Shown: positions 33,707 through 44,640 of the stretch, one piece after another
How the letters are laid out: each line of letters starts with the position of its first letter
Numbering within the stretch: the stretch's first letter is position 1
Origin: an uncultured Chloroflexia bacterium
GTDB taxonomy: Bacteria; Chloroflexota; Limnocylindria; Limnocylindrales; CSP1-4
NCBI GenBank assembly: GCA_963817745.1
Contig: CAWFPC010000008.1
Span: 432 to 64,431 of the forward strand
Reading direction: 5' to 3'
Length of the DNA stretch: 64,000 bases
Translations under genes and position numbers: made by a program
Notes under the pieces: generated by a model
What the model saw: only the letters and a program-made list of their open reading frames with translations
Database searches by the model: none
What the model was told of the DNA's origin: nothing

Positions 33707-34611
33707 GGCGTGGGCCCGCGGGTCACGACGGCGACCCGCGGCAGACCGGCGAGGTCGGCCTCGACCCGGCACGACCAGCCGGCCAGCCGCTCCCCGACCA
33801 GCGCGCCGATCGCCGTCCCCTGGTCCGCGCCGATCTCCAGCAGGGCGACGCCGTCGGGCGAGAGGACGCCCGGCAGTCGATCGAGCAATCGTCCGATGAC
33901 GGCCAGCCCGTCCGGCCCGCCGTCGAGGGCGAGTGCCGGTTCGTAGGTCGTCGGCAGCGGGAGCGAGGCCATCGCGTCCTCGCGGACGTACGGCAGGTTC
34001 GCGGCCACGACGTCCCACGGGCCGGCAGCCTGCGGCGGGACGAGGTCGGCGCCGACGAAGCGCATGCGATCGCCGACCGCGTGGCCGACCGCGTTCTCGC
34101 GCGCGAGATCGAGCGCCTCCGGTGAGATGTCGACGGCCGTGATCTCGACGTCCTCGGGGCCGACGCCGCCGCCGACGAAGCTCCGAGGCGATCGTCACCG
34201 CGATCGCGCCGCTGCCCGTGCCGACATCGATGAGCCGCACCCCCGGTCCGCCAAGCGGCCGCGCCCCGGACGTGAGCCGTCGCATGGTCTCGGCCAGCGC
34301 GAGATCGACGAGCAGCTCGGTCTCGGGACGGGGGATCAGGGCACGCGGATCGACGGCGAAGGCCAGGCCGTGGAATTCCTTGAACCCGCGGATGTAGGCG
34401 ACGGGCTCGCCCGCCACGCGGCGATCGAGCGACGCCCGGTACGCGGCCGCGGCGTCTGCCCCGACCGGGGCGTCCGGGTGCGCGACGATCGCGGTCCGGT
34501 CCACGCCGACGGCGAAGCCCAGCAGCAGCTCGGCATCGAGCCGTGGCGTGTCGACCTCGGCCGTGCGCAGCCGGTCGATGCCCTCGTGCAGCAGCTCCTG
34601 GTCGTCGGCAT
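33703..34611 (-). CDS. prmC: Release factor glutamine methyltransferase (frameshifted)
   Basis: RLDAELLL, RRVAGEPVAYIRG, ALIPRPETE, DVGTGSGAIA, ANLPY, ALDGGPDGL. Confidence 0.95.
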
Positions 34612-34621
34612 GGTGGTCCGG

Positions 34622-36911
34622 TCAGAGCCGGATGGTGACGCCGATGTCGCCGACCTTGCGCAGCACCTCCGCGCTGGTGGTCCCCCGCCAGCGGTGGAAC
34701 AGGAGGTCCACCGATGCGTCGCCGACGCGCAGGTCGGTGAGGGTCACCTTGCCGAGCCAGTCCGGCAGGTGCGGATGGCGCAGCTCGAGCTCGTTGCCGT
34801 CCGCGTTGCCCCGCAGCCCGAGCATGGTCGACAGGAACAGGAACGACGCGCCAGCGGCCCACGCCTGCGGCGAGCAGGCGACCGGGTACGGCACGGGCGA
34901 CGTGGCCTCCATCCGATCGAAGCCGCAGAACAGCTCGGGCAGGCGGAAGTCGGGGAATCGCTGCGCCGCCTCCAGCATCTGGCCGACCAGCCGGTTCGAG
35001 GCCTCGTCGAAGCCGTATCGCTTGAAGCCGGCGGCGATGAGCGAGGTGTCGTGGGGCCAGACCGTGCCCGTGTGGTAGCCGATCGGGTTGAAGCCCGCCT
35101 GGTCGGACGCCATCGTCCGGATGCCCCAGCCGGAGAAGACGGTCGGCTGCAGCAATCGATCGATCACGTCGCGCGCGCGCTCCGGCGAGACGATCCCCGA
35201 CCAGAGGCAATGGCCCGCGTTCGAGCCGATCGCGTCGGCCTGGCGCTTGTCGCGGTCGAGCGCCATCGCGTAGTAGCGCTGGTCCTCGACCCAGAACGCC
35301 GCCTCGAAGCGTTCGCGCAGGGCGTCCGCCTCGGCGTCGAGCTTCGTCGCGAGCGCCTCCTCGCCACGCATGCGGGCGAGCCCGGCCATCCGTCGCTTGG
35401 CGTCGTAGACGTAGCCCTGCACCTCGGCGAGCGCGATCGGGGCGACCGCCTGGGCGCCGCTCCGGTCGCGGATGGCGTCGCTCGAATCCTTCCAGCCCTG
35501 GTTCAACAGGCCGCGCTCGGAGCGGCGCTCGTACTCCACGAACCCATCGCCGTCGCGGTCGCCGTAGTCGTCGATCCAGGCGAGCGCGGCCAGCGCGTTC
35601 GGCCACAGCCGGTCGACCAGCCCGCGGTCGCCGGTCCAGTCGAACGTCGCCCCGAACAGGACGAGCCAGAGCGGCGTCGCATCGACCGATCCGTAGTACG
35701 GCGTGTGGGGCAGCTCGCCGGCCCCGGCCATCTCGCCCGAGCGCAGCTCGTGGAGGATCTTGCCGGGTTCCGCATCGCGCCAGTCGTCGACCTCCTTGGC
35801 CTGGTAGGCGGCCAGGATCGGTGAGCGTCTCGACCGCCAGCTGCGGCCGGAAGGCGAGGGACTGGAACGCGGAGATGATCGAGTCGCGCCCGAACAGCGT
35901 GGCGAACCACGGGACCCCGGCCGCGACGTAGCGCTGGTCCGGGCCGGGTCCGTCGTTGACGAGGAGCCGGAGGTCGGCGACGGACCGTCGCACCACGAGG
36001 TTGAACAGCTCGTGGTCGCTCGTGACCGTCGTCGTGCCCCGCTCCCAGGCGTGATACGCGGCGGCGCCCTCGTCCCCCGAGATCCGCGGCGCGTCGGGGA
36101 ACAGCGCGGCGAGCTCGGCCCGTCCCGTGGCGGTATCCCGGGGAGTGGCGGGCGCGATGCGCTCCGTCACCCACGCGGTCCAGCGCAGCTCGCGGTCCTG
36201 GCCGGGCTCCAGCTCCACGCTCCAGCGGAAGCGGACGGACGCACCCGTGTCGGTGCCGTCGAGCGTCGTCGGATCGACGCTCTCGACGACGGCCGCTGGC
36301 TCCGAGAGCTCGAGATGCGTCAGTCGCTGGCACCCGTCCAGACCGTCGTACCGGAACGTGACGCGCCGGTCGGTCACGGCGATCGGCAGCAGCCGGCCGC
36401 GACGCTGGCGCGGGTAGCCCCGGACCTCGAAGATGTCGGCGCCGTCGGCGCCGAACTCGAGCTCGATCGGGATCTTGAGCGGTCGCGGCGCGTGGTTGAC
36501 GATCCGCAGCACCTCGACCGCGCCCTCGGCCGCCACGAGGCGCTCCCGGCTGATGCCGATCGTGCGCCCCACCAGCTCATCGAGCGGGTGCACCTTCGCA
36601 TCGGGGTTGCGGTCCGCCGACGGGTTCGTCATCTGGATCCCGCCGCGGTAGTTCGCCCCGACCGAGGTCTGGAGCAGGACCGGTCGCTCGCCGCCGACCC
36701 GGAGGACCGCACAGGACAGGAGGCGGCTGTCGCCGCGATACAGGCCCAGTCCGCGCGTGTCGGCGTGGATGTCGCCGAACGAATCGGTCAGCAGGTAGAC
36801 GTTGGCGTGCTTGAGGACCTGCACCGAGCCGAGGTCGGTCGCCCGCGCCACCGGTTGCACCCGGGGCGGCAGGAAGCGGACCTCGGCGGCGTCAGGCGGC
36901 GTCATCGGCAC
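34622..36911 (-). CDS. Amylo-alpha-1,6-glucosidase / glycogen debranching enzyme family (frameshift near 35820)
   Basis: [65 protein letters not shown]. Confidence 0.92.
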
Positions 36912-37992
36912 CGGTCAGGGTCGCGAGGCGGTCGGCCTGGTCGGCCATCTGGAGCGCGTCGATCAGGTCGTCGAGATCGCCGTCGAGCACGCCCGGCAGG
37001 TTGTGGACGGTCTTCCCGATGCGGTGGTCGGTGACCCGATCCTGCGCGAAGTTGTAGGTCCGGACCTTGTCGCTCCGATCGCCCGAGCCGACCATCGAGC
37101 GGCGCGCGGCCGAGTCGGCGGCACGCTGCTTCTGGATCTCGAGGTCGTACAGCCGCGACCGCAGCACGGACATCGCCTTCGCCTTGTTCTTGTGCTGGCT
37201 CTTCTCGTCCTGGATCTCGACGACGAGACCGCTCGGGATGTGGGTGATGCGCACGGCCGAGTCGGTCGTGTTCACCGACTGCCCGCCGGGACCGGACGAC
37301 CGCTTGACCTCGATCCGCAGGTCCCGTTCCTCGTCGATCTCGACCTCCACCTCGTCGACCTCGGGCAGGACCACGACCGTCGCGGTCGAGGTGTGGATCC
37401 GCCCGCTCGACTCGGTCGCCGGGATGCGCTGCACGCGATGGACGCCGCCCTCGAACTTGAGCCGGCTGTACGCCCCGTCGCCGCGGACCTGGACGATCGC
37501 CTCCTTCACGCCGTCGATCCCGGTCTCGTTCAGGCTCAGGACCTCGGGCGTGTAGCGATGGCGCGCGGCGTAGCGCAGGTACATCCGCAGCAGCTCGGCG
37601 GCGAACAGGGCCGCCTCGTCACCACCGGCCCCGGCACGGACCTCGAGGATGACGTCGCGGTCGTCGTTGGGATCGCGCGGCAGGAGCAGGACCTTCAGCT
37701 CGTCGAGGAGGCGCGTCTCGTCGCCCTCCAGCCGGGCGATCTCGTCGCGGGCCATCGCCCGCATCTCGTCGTCGCCGTCGCCGGCGTCGCGGACCTCGCG
37801 GGCCCCGGTCAGCTCCGCGCGGGTCGCCTCGAGGCGCCGGAACGCCTCGACCGTCGGCTCCAGGCGTGCCAGCTCCTGGCCGAGGCGGCGGAGCTCGTTC
37901 GGGTCCATGCTGACCTCGGGTCGGGCGAGCTCACCCTGCAGGTCGTCGTATTGCGCGGCGATCTCGGCGAGCTTCGCGTCGAGGTCGCTCAT
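36892..37992 (-). CDS. prfA: Peptide chain release factor 1
   Basis: [21 protein letters not shown] (PxT), [17 protein letters not shown]. Confidence 0.98.
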   Translation of the reverse strand: MSDLDAKLAEIAAQYDDLQGELARPEVSMDPNELRRLGQELARLEPTVEAFRRLEATRAELTGAREVRDAGDGDDEMRAMARDEIARLEGDETRLLDELKVLLLPRDPNDDRDVILEVRAGAGGDEAALFAAELLRMYLRYAARHRYTPEVLSLNETGIDGVKEAIVQVRGDGAYSRLKFEGGVHRVQRIPATESSGRIHTSTATVVVLPEVDEVEVEIDEERDLRIEVKRSSGPGGQSVNTTDSAVRITHIPSGLVVEIQDEKSQHKNKAKAMSVLRSRLYDLEIQKQRAADSAARRSMVGSGDRSDKVRTYNFAQDRVTDHRIGKTVHNLPGVLDGDLDDLIDALQMADQADRLATLTGADDAA

Positions 37993-39028
37993 GCCTGGGT
38001 CGGTGGCTCGCCCGGGCTGGGGGAGGCGGTGGCTTCGACCACCTCCGCGGGCGTGTCGGTGGCCTTCGGCGCCAGGTCCATCGGCTCGAGGTCCAGCTCG
38101 GCGGAGCCGACCGGCACCGCGTTGCCATCGGCCAGCAGCGCCTCCTCCATCGACGCGATGGCGACCTCGATCATGTCGTCGGTCGGGCGCTTGGTCGTGA
38201 TCTTCTGGACGAGGATGCCCGGCCACATGACCACCCGGATGATCGGGTTGCGGCGGTGCTTTGCCCCGAACTTGAGGATCTCGTACCCGACGGCGGCGAT
38301 GACCGGGATGAGCAGGATGCGGCTCGCGATCATCACCAGCGGCGGCTGTCGGCCGACCAGCGAGAAGATGAGGATCGACAGCATCACGACGACGACGAGG
38401 AACTCGGTCCCGCAGCGGTGGTGGGCCGTCGGGTACTTGCGGACCTCGTCAACCGTCAGCGGATCGCCCGCCTCGAGCGCATGGATCGTCATGTGCTCGG
38501 CGCCGTGGTACTGGAAGACGCGCTTGATGTCCGGGGTGCGCGAGATGAGCGTCAGGTACCCGAGGAAGATGCCGACCTGGATGAGGCCCTCGACCAGCGG
38601 CTGGGCGAAGGAGCTCGTGGAGCCGGACGGTGGCCACGCTCGAGATGAACAGCGGGATGAGCGTGAAGATCGCGATCGCCGCCGCCAGGGTGACGACCAG
38701 CATGATGATGATCGAGCCCTTGCCGAGCTCGACGTCGTCCTCCTCGGCCTGCAGGTTGGCGCTGCGGACCAGCCAGCGCGTCCCGACGACGAGCGTCTCG
38801 TACAGCACCACGAGGCCCCGCACGAACGGCCACTTGGATGCCTTCGTGCCGTGGACGCCGGAATTCGAGCCGTTCGGTCGCGGTGACGATCCGGCCATCG
38901 GGGTGGCGCAACGCGACGGCGATCGCGTCGCGGCCGCGCATGAGGACACCCTCGATCAGGGCCTGGCCGCCGTAGGCGTAGTTGGGACCGCCGGCGGGCG
39001 GGGCCGCGGGCACGGGTTCCGAGGACAT
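37989..39028 (-). CDS. DUF1385 family membrane protein (frameshifted)
   Basis: [41 protein letters not shown]; habitual neighbour of rpmE and prfA. Confidence 0.9.
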
Positions 39029-39151
39029 GCCGGCAAGTCTACCGGCGATGGAGCGCCATCGGGTCGAGGCGCTCCTGCAGAGCGCGCGATGTCGCCGGCG
39101 TGCCGACGGCCCCCGGCGCTGCGCCCGCGGACGCATCGCCAGCCGCCCGGA

Positions 39152-39182
39152 ATTCGAAACGGCCGGCCCGAGGGCCGGCCGT
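39152..39182 (-). terminator. Probable terminator after rpmE
   Basis: ACGGCCGGCC-CTCG-GGCCGGCCGT followed by TTCGAATT on the minus strand. Confidence 0.6.
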
Positions 39183-39222
39183 CCAGTCGGTCGCGAAGCG
39201 TTCGCTCCGCCGGATCGCAGCG

Positions 39223-39435
39223 TCAGCTGCGAGCCTGGCGCTCCAGTCGCTTCTGGAAGCGCTCGACCTGCCCGGCGGTGTCGATGATGTTCTGCGTCCC
39301 CGTGAAGAACGGATGGCAGTTGCTGCAGACGTCGACGCGAAGCTCGGGTCGGGTGGACCCGACGACCCATTCGCGGCCGCACGAGCCGCAGTGGACCTTC
39401 GCTTCGTAGTACGTGGGATGGATATCGGCCTTCAC
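39223..39435 (-). CDS. rpmE: 50S ribosomal protein L31, Zn-binding type
   Basis: MKADIHP..HCGSCG...DVCSNCHPFFTG. Confidence 0.97.
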   Translation of the reverse strand: MKADIHPTYYEAKVHCGSCGREWVVGSTRPELRVDVCSNCHPFFTGTQNIIDTAGQVERFQKRLERQARS

Positions 39436-39517
39436 GGCGGTGTTCTCCTCCGACGCCGTCCGCGCAGGGCCATCGCCCCGCCGGTGGTCGCCGGCTATGT
39501 GCTGTGGCTGGTGCTGA

Positions 39518-39793
39518 TCAGCCCGGCGCCGGAGCGGTCTCGACCGCCTCGACCCGGATGCGCTTCTTGTCCTTGGTGGCGTGCTCGAACTTCACCTTGC
39601 CGGTGACCGTCGCGAACACGGTGTAGTCCCGGCCGAGACCCGTGCCCGGGCCCGAGAGGAACGTCATGCCGCGCTGGCGGACGATGATCGACCCGGCCGG
39701 CACGAGCTGGCCGTCGCCGGCCTTGACGCCGAGTCGCTGGCCGACGCTGTCGCGGCCGTTCTTGACGCTGCCGCCTGCCTTCTTGTGGGCCAT
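39518..39793 (-). CDS. rpmA: 50S ribosomal protein L27
   Basis: [28 protein letters not shown]. Confidence 0.98.
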   Translation of the reverse strand: MAHKKAGGSVKNGRDSVGQRLGVKAGDGQLVPAGSIIVRQRGMTFLSGPGTGLGRDYTVFATVTGKVKFEHATKDKKRIRVEAVETAPAPG

Positions 39794-39799
39794 GAGGTC

Positions 39800-40460
39800 C
39801 TACTCGTCCTTCTTTGTCGCGCGCGGCTTCGCGGCGGGCTTCTTCGCGGCGGGCTTGGCGGCCGCGTCCGTGGACGCGTCGTCGGCCTTGGCCTTGGTGG
39901 TCGGCTTCTTCGTGGTCGCCTTGGCCGTCGTGCGCCGATGCCTTCGCGTCGTCGGCACCCTCGTCGGCCTTGGCCTTCGTGGCCGCCTTCGCGGTCGTGG
40001 CCTTCTTCGCCGGCGCGGCCGCCTTCGCGAGCTTGGCGGCGAGCTCCGCGTCCTTGGCGGCCTGTGCCGTGGCGGCTTCCTCGAGACGCTGGCGTTCGGT
40101 CTTGGCGTCCTGCTGCGCCTTCGCCGCGTCCTTGGCCGCGCTCTTGCCGCCGAACACGATGTCGCTGATGCGCAGGACCGTCAGCTCCTGGCGATGGCCC
40201 TTCTTGACCCGGCTGCGGGCCTTGGGTCGGTACTTGAACGAGATGAGCTTGGGGCCGCGATCCTGGCGGATGACCTCGGCGCTGACCGCGGCACCATCGA
40301 CCAGCGGGCGACCGATGCTCGCGTCGTCGCCGTCGGCGACGAGGAGCACGCGCTCGAGCGTGATCGTCTTGCCGGGCTCGACATCGAGCAGCTCGACTTC
40401 GAGTTCGGTGCCGACCTCGACGCGGTATTGCTTTCCGCCGGTCTCGATGACTGCGTACAT
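39800..40460 (-). CDS. rplU: 50S ribosomal protein L21 with long Lys/Ala-rich C-terminal extension (indel in tail)
   Basis: MYAVIETGGKQYRV...KKGHRQELT core; tail ends KKDE* at TAG 39800-39802. Confidence 0.95.
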
Positions 40461-40561
40461 GGATCCTCAGGACTTCATTTGGCGACGGTGCGACGCGCGC
40501 GTGGCGATCGGGCTGTCGGACATGGGATGACGCCCGGCATCAGCCGAGGCGCGGACGGTGG

Positions 40562-40591
40562 AGTCTACGACCGAACGGCGGTTTCGGTCAA
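40562..40591 (-). promoter_or_regulatory. rplU-rpmA-rpmE promoter
   Basis: TTGACC-N18-TAGACT on the minus strand; GACCGAA/TTCGGTC inverted repeat across the spacer. Confidence 0.65.
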
Positions 40592-40624
40592 TCGAGGGCC
40601 GTCGTCGAGCGCCTGCCGCATCCG

Positions 40625-41388
40625 TCAGCCCAGCTCGTCGGCGAGGACGAGCCGTTCCCGCACGATCGATGTCGCCACGAGCGTTCGACCGAGCTCGTCG
40701 CCCAGCGCCCCGACGACCTCCTCCGGCCGCCCGGTCCCGAGCTCGGGATGGAACCGGGTGCGGACCGTGAGCGTGGCCGGCGGCCCCGGATCGCTCACCG
40801 CGACGGCCACGAGCAGGGGGCGCAGGTCGTACTCCACTCGCTGTCGCCCTTCGCGTCGCTGGCGCGCGAGGCGCCCGGCGGCCATCACCGTCGTGCAGGC
40901 GGCGGCCAGGGCGCCCGGGTCGAGATCGGCGTCGGTGTCGCTGCCCACCTCGACGCGGTAGTCCGCGGCCGCGACGCGACCCGCCAGCGGCGGGCCGGCG
41001 AGCCAGACGTCGAAGATGTCGATGAGGCGCCAGCCCTCGGGGAGCCGGCCGTCCAGCGCCTCGCGGACGCGCCACAGCGGCCAGCGTTCGGTGAGGACGA
41101 GGTCGATGAGCTCGGCCTCGGCGGACATGCCCAGCGACAGCGGCGCCCCGAACGCGATCCGCGGCCGCGACCGCGCGCCGTCGGTCCGTGCCATCGGCAG
41201 GCCGGCGGCGTCGATCGCGGCCTCCCAGGCATCGACGGTCTCGCGCTGGGCCAGCGGTGGAGCATCGGCGTCGCGGGCCACCACCAGCCGCCAGCGCTGG
41301 CGCGGCTCGGGCATGCGCGGCGGCGCGGTGGCTCGGCGGACGCCTCGCCCCGCGGCTCAGGCTCCCGCGGGTCGGAGGGGACGGTCAT
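40625..41388 (-). CDS. DUF2344 / TIGR03936 radical SAM-linked protein (start 41388 with indel, or 41314)
   Basis: RPRIAFGAPLSLGMSAEAELIDL...LPEG; GTGRPEEV. Confidence 0.82.
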
Positions 41389-41408
41389 GTCTGGTAGTCT
41401 GCCGGACG

Positions 41409-42717
41409 ATGGCCGAGCCCGATCCGCCCGCAACGGACCGGCAGCCCGCCCAGCCCGGCGCCACGGTCACGCCGCCGCCCGTCCCGGCCTGGGTGGCATC
41501 GCTGCCGCCGCCCCCGTTCGTCGACCAGAGCGCGCCCGCGTCCGCCCCACGGTTCGCCCCGCTGTCGCCGCGCGTGGCCGTCCTCATCGGCGCTGCCATC
41601 GTCATCGGTCTGCTGCTGTGGATGGCGCGCGACAGCGTGCGCCCGTTCGTCGTCGGCCTGCTCCTCGTCTACCTGCTCGACCCGCCGGTCCGCTGGCTCG
41701 TCCGGCGCGGCGTGCGACGCAGCATCGCGATCGCGATCGTGTACATCGTCGCGATCGTGGGCTTCCTGGAGTTCCTGAACCTCACGCTCACGCCGCTCGT
41801 CAACGAGCTGCTGCGGTTCATCGCCGACTTCCCGCGTCTCGCCGAACAGCTCCAGGCCCAGCTCGAACGGTTGTCCGAGATCTACGCACGGCTGCAGATC
41901 CCCGACGCGGTCCGCGAGTGGATCGATGCGGTGATCGCCGGGCTCAGCGAGGGCGGCGCCGCCCCCGAGCTCGACCTGTCGTTCCTGATGCCGCTGGTGA
42001 CGGGCGCCGGGAGCATCATCGGCGCGATCTTCGGCTACGTGATCCTGCCGGTCTGGGTGTTCTACCTGCTCAAGGACCGCGCGACGCTCACCGGCCAGTT
42101 CGACGCGGCCTTGCCGCAGGCGTGGCGCTTCGACGTGTGGGCCGTGCTGCGGATCGTCCAGCGCGTGTTCGGCCAGTGGGTCCGCGGCCAGATCATCCTG
42201 GGCATCACCGTCGGCGTGTTCACGTTCATCGGCCTGACGATCCTGAGCATCGTCGTGGATCCGGTCTTCGGGCGGTACGCGATCCTGCTCTCGGTCATCG
42301 CCGGGATCCTCGAGCTCGTCCCGATCATCGGGCCGATCATCGCCGCCGTCCCGGCCGTCCTCCTCGCGGCGACCGCGGGCCTCGAGGCCGTCGTCGCGGC
42401 GCTCGTGCTGTACACCCTCGTCCAGCAGGTCGAGAACAACTTCCTCGTCCCCAAGATCCAGGGCGACGCGGTCGAGCTCCATTCGTCGGCGGTGATCTTC
42501 GCGATCATCATCGGCGGAGCGCTCGCCGGCCTGCTCGGGGCGATCCTCGCCCTGCCGATCGCCGCGGCGATCCGCGATGTCGTGCGCTACCTGTTCCGGC
42601 GCCTGAGCCCCGATGCACCGGAAGCGCTGGCCGCCTCCGTCACGGGGTTGGGGCTCGAGGAACGCCTCGCGCTCGATGCGATGACCCCCTGGCGACGCGG
42701 CTGGAGCCCGCCCATGA
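41409..42717 (+). CDS. AI-2E (PerM/TqsA) family transporter
   Basis: YLLDPPVRWL, WVFYLLKD, GQWVRGQ, LVPIIGP, VQQVENNFLVPKIQG, GALAGLLGAILALP; 3' end inferred at TGA overlapping the next ATG. Confidence 0.9.
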
Positions 42718-43391
42718 CCGCGGCGCCCGACCCGTACAAGATCCTCCAGGTCGATCCCGAAGCCGAGGACGAGGTCATCGTGGCCGCGTACCGCCGGCTC
42801 GCGCGCAAGTACCACCCCGATGTCGCGGCGGGTCCCGAGGCCGCTGCCCGGATGTCCGCGATCAACGCGGCCTGGGAGGTCATCGGCGAACCGGCGCGAC
42901 GCGCGGCCTACGACCGCGAGCGCGCGGTGGCAGCCGCGTTGTCGCGTCGCGGCGACACGACGCACCCCGAAGGGCTCGACGGCGGCGTCGACGGCGACCG
43001 CGCACGCGAGCTCCGCCGACGCGTCCGCGGGCCGGCGCGCGAGGCGGACCGTCCCGGCCGACCGAGCCCGAGACCGTGTCGCGCGATTGGTCGAGCGGCC
43101 GTTCGTCGGTCGGGGGCGGCTACGACGAGTCGATGCGGACCGCGCAGGGCACCGGTGCGGCCGGCCCCCCGCCCGGCCAGCCATCGGGGAGCGTCCTCAA
43201 CTTCGGTCGCTACTCGGCGTGGTCGCTCGGCGAGATCGGCCGGGCGGACCTCGAGTACCTCGAGTGGCTCGATCGGATGCCGATCGGCCGGCCGTACCGC
43301 GACGAGATCGACGCGATCCTGCGTCGCACCGGGCGTCGCCGCTCCGCCGCGGCCGAGACGCGACCGACGCGGGCTCTTCCGCCGCCGCTGA
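42714..43391 (+). CDS. J-domain protein with C-terminal DUF3820-like motif (frameshifted)
   Basis: DPYKILQV...AYRRLARKYHPD...INAAWEVI J domain with HPD; C-terminal LNFGRY..SLGEI...EYLEWL. Confidence 0.8.
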   Translation: MTAAPDPYKILQVDPEAEDEVIVAAYRRLARKYHPDVAAGPEAAARMSAINAAWEVIGEPARRAAYDRERAVAAALSRRGDTTHPEGLDGGVDGDRARELRRRVRGPAREADRPGRPSPRPCRAIGRAAVRRSGAATTSRCGPRRAPVRPAPRPASHRGASSTSVATRRGRSARSAGRTSSTSSGSIGCRSAGRTATRSTRSCVAPGVAAPPRPRRDRRGLFRRR

Positions 43392-43395
43392 CCGC

Positions 43396-44630
43396 TCAGG
43401 CGGCCGACGTGGCGATGTCCTGCTCGGCGGACGCCCGCGGGACCGCCCATGCCAGCAGGTAGGGCGCAACGATCGTGGTCAGGACCACGGCGACGAGGAC
43501 GGCCCCGAACAATCCCGGCGCGTCAACAATCCCGCGGCCAGCCCCAGGTTGGCGACGACGATCCCGACCTCGCCGCGGGGCACCATCCCGAAGCCGACGG
43601 CCGCGGCTCCCCAACGGCCGATCGAGCGGGCTCCGATCAGCCCGCCGACGACCTTGGTCAAGATGCCGACGACCGCCAGGACGACGGCGAGCACGGCGAC
43701 GGCCGGATCCAGGAGCACGCCGAGATCAAGCTGAGCGCCCGTCACGGCGAAGAAGAACGGCGTGAAGATCAGGCCCAGCGGCCGCATGTCACGCTCGAGC
43801 TCATCCTGGGCTTCCGTCTCGGCTACGACGAGCCCGGCGACGAAGGCGCCGATGATCGCCGCCAGGCCGATCGCCGCGGACACGAGCGCGACGGCGAACA
43901 TCAGGATGAACGCCGGCACGAGCGGGGTGTCGGCGAACAGCGGCCAGGTGAACACCTCACGCTTGAGGCCACGCGCGCGGCGAGCAGCCGCGAACCCGAG
44001 CCCAAGGAGTCCGACGGCCGCGACCACGACCAGCAGCGTCGAACCGGAGAGATCACCGGAGGCCCCACCGGCGACGACGCCGATCAGGATCAACGCGAGG
44101 ACGTCGTCGATGACCGCCGCACCGAGCACCACCCGCGCGAAGGTGCGATCGAGCACCCCGAGGTCCGACAGGACGCGGCTCGTGATGCCGATGCTTGTCG
44201 CGGCCAGGGCGACGCCGACGAAGGCCGCCGAGCCGGGGGGCTCCCCCGTGGCCAGGACGACGCCGATACCGGCGATGATCGGCAGGAGCGAGGCGATGAC
44301 TGCCGTCAGCACGGCGGGGCGACCGACCGCCAGGAGATCGTCGAGTCGCACTTCCAGGCCGACCGAGAACAGCAGGATCACGACGCCGAGCTCCGCGAGC
44401 ACGAACGCAGCCTCGCCGGGGACGACCAGCGCCAGGGCTCCTGGCCCGACCAGGAACCCGCCGAGCAGCTCCCCGATGACCGCAGGCTGGCCCAGACGCC
44501 GTGCCACCTCCTCGCCGACCTTTGCGGCGACGAACAGCACGAACAGCCCGAGCAGGACGTCGAATGGCGCACCGGTCGCCGATGGCGGTGACTCCGTCAA
44601 CGTCGGTGGCATGGCGATGGAAGCCAGCAT
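43396..44630 (-). CDS. CPA2-family cation:proton antiporter (frameshift near 3' end)
   Basis: QPAVIGELLGG, LAELGVVILLF.VGLE, AATSIGIT, AAVIDD, GMVPRGEVG. Confidence 0.92.
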
Positions 44631-44640
44631 CGATCCGTCC

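Noticed and set aside
41016-43391. 791-aa ORF suggesting an AI-2E transporter / J-domain fusion
   Set aside because: An ATGA overlap at 42714-42717 is the usual gene junction in this window; one indel near 42685 explains the read-through.
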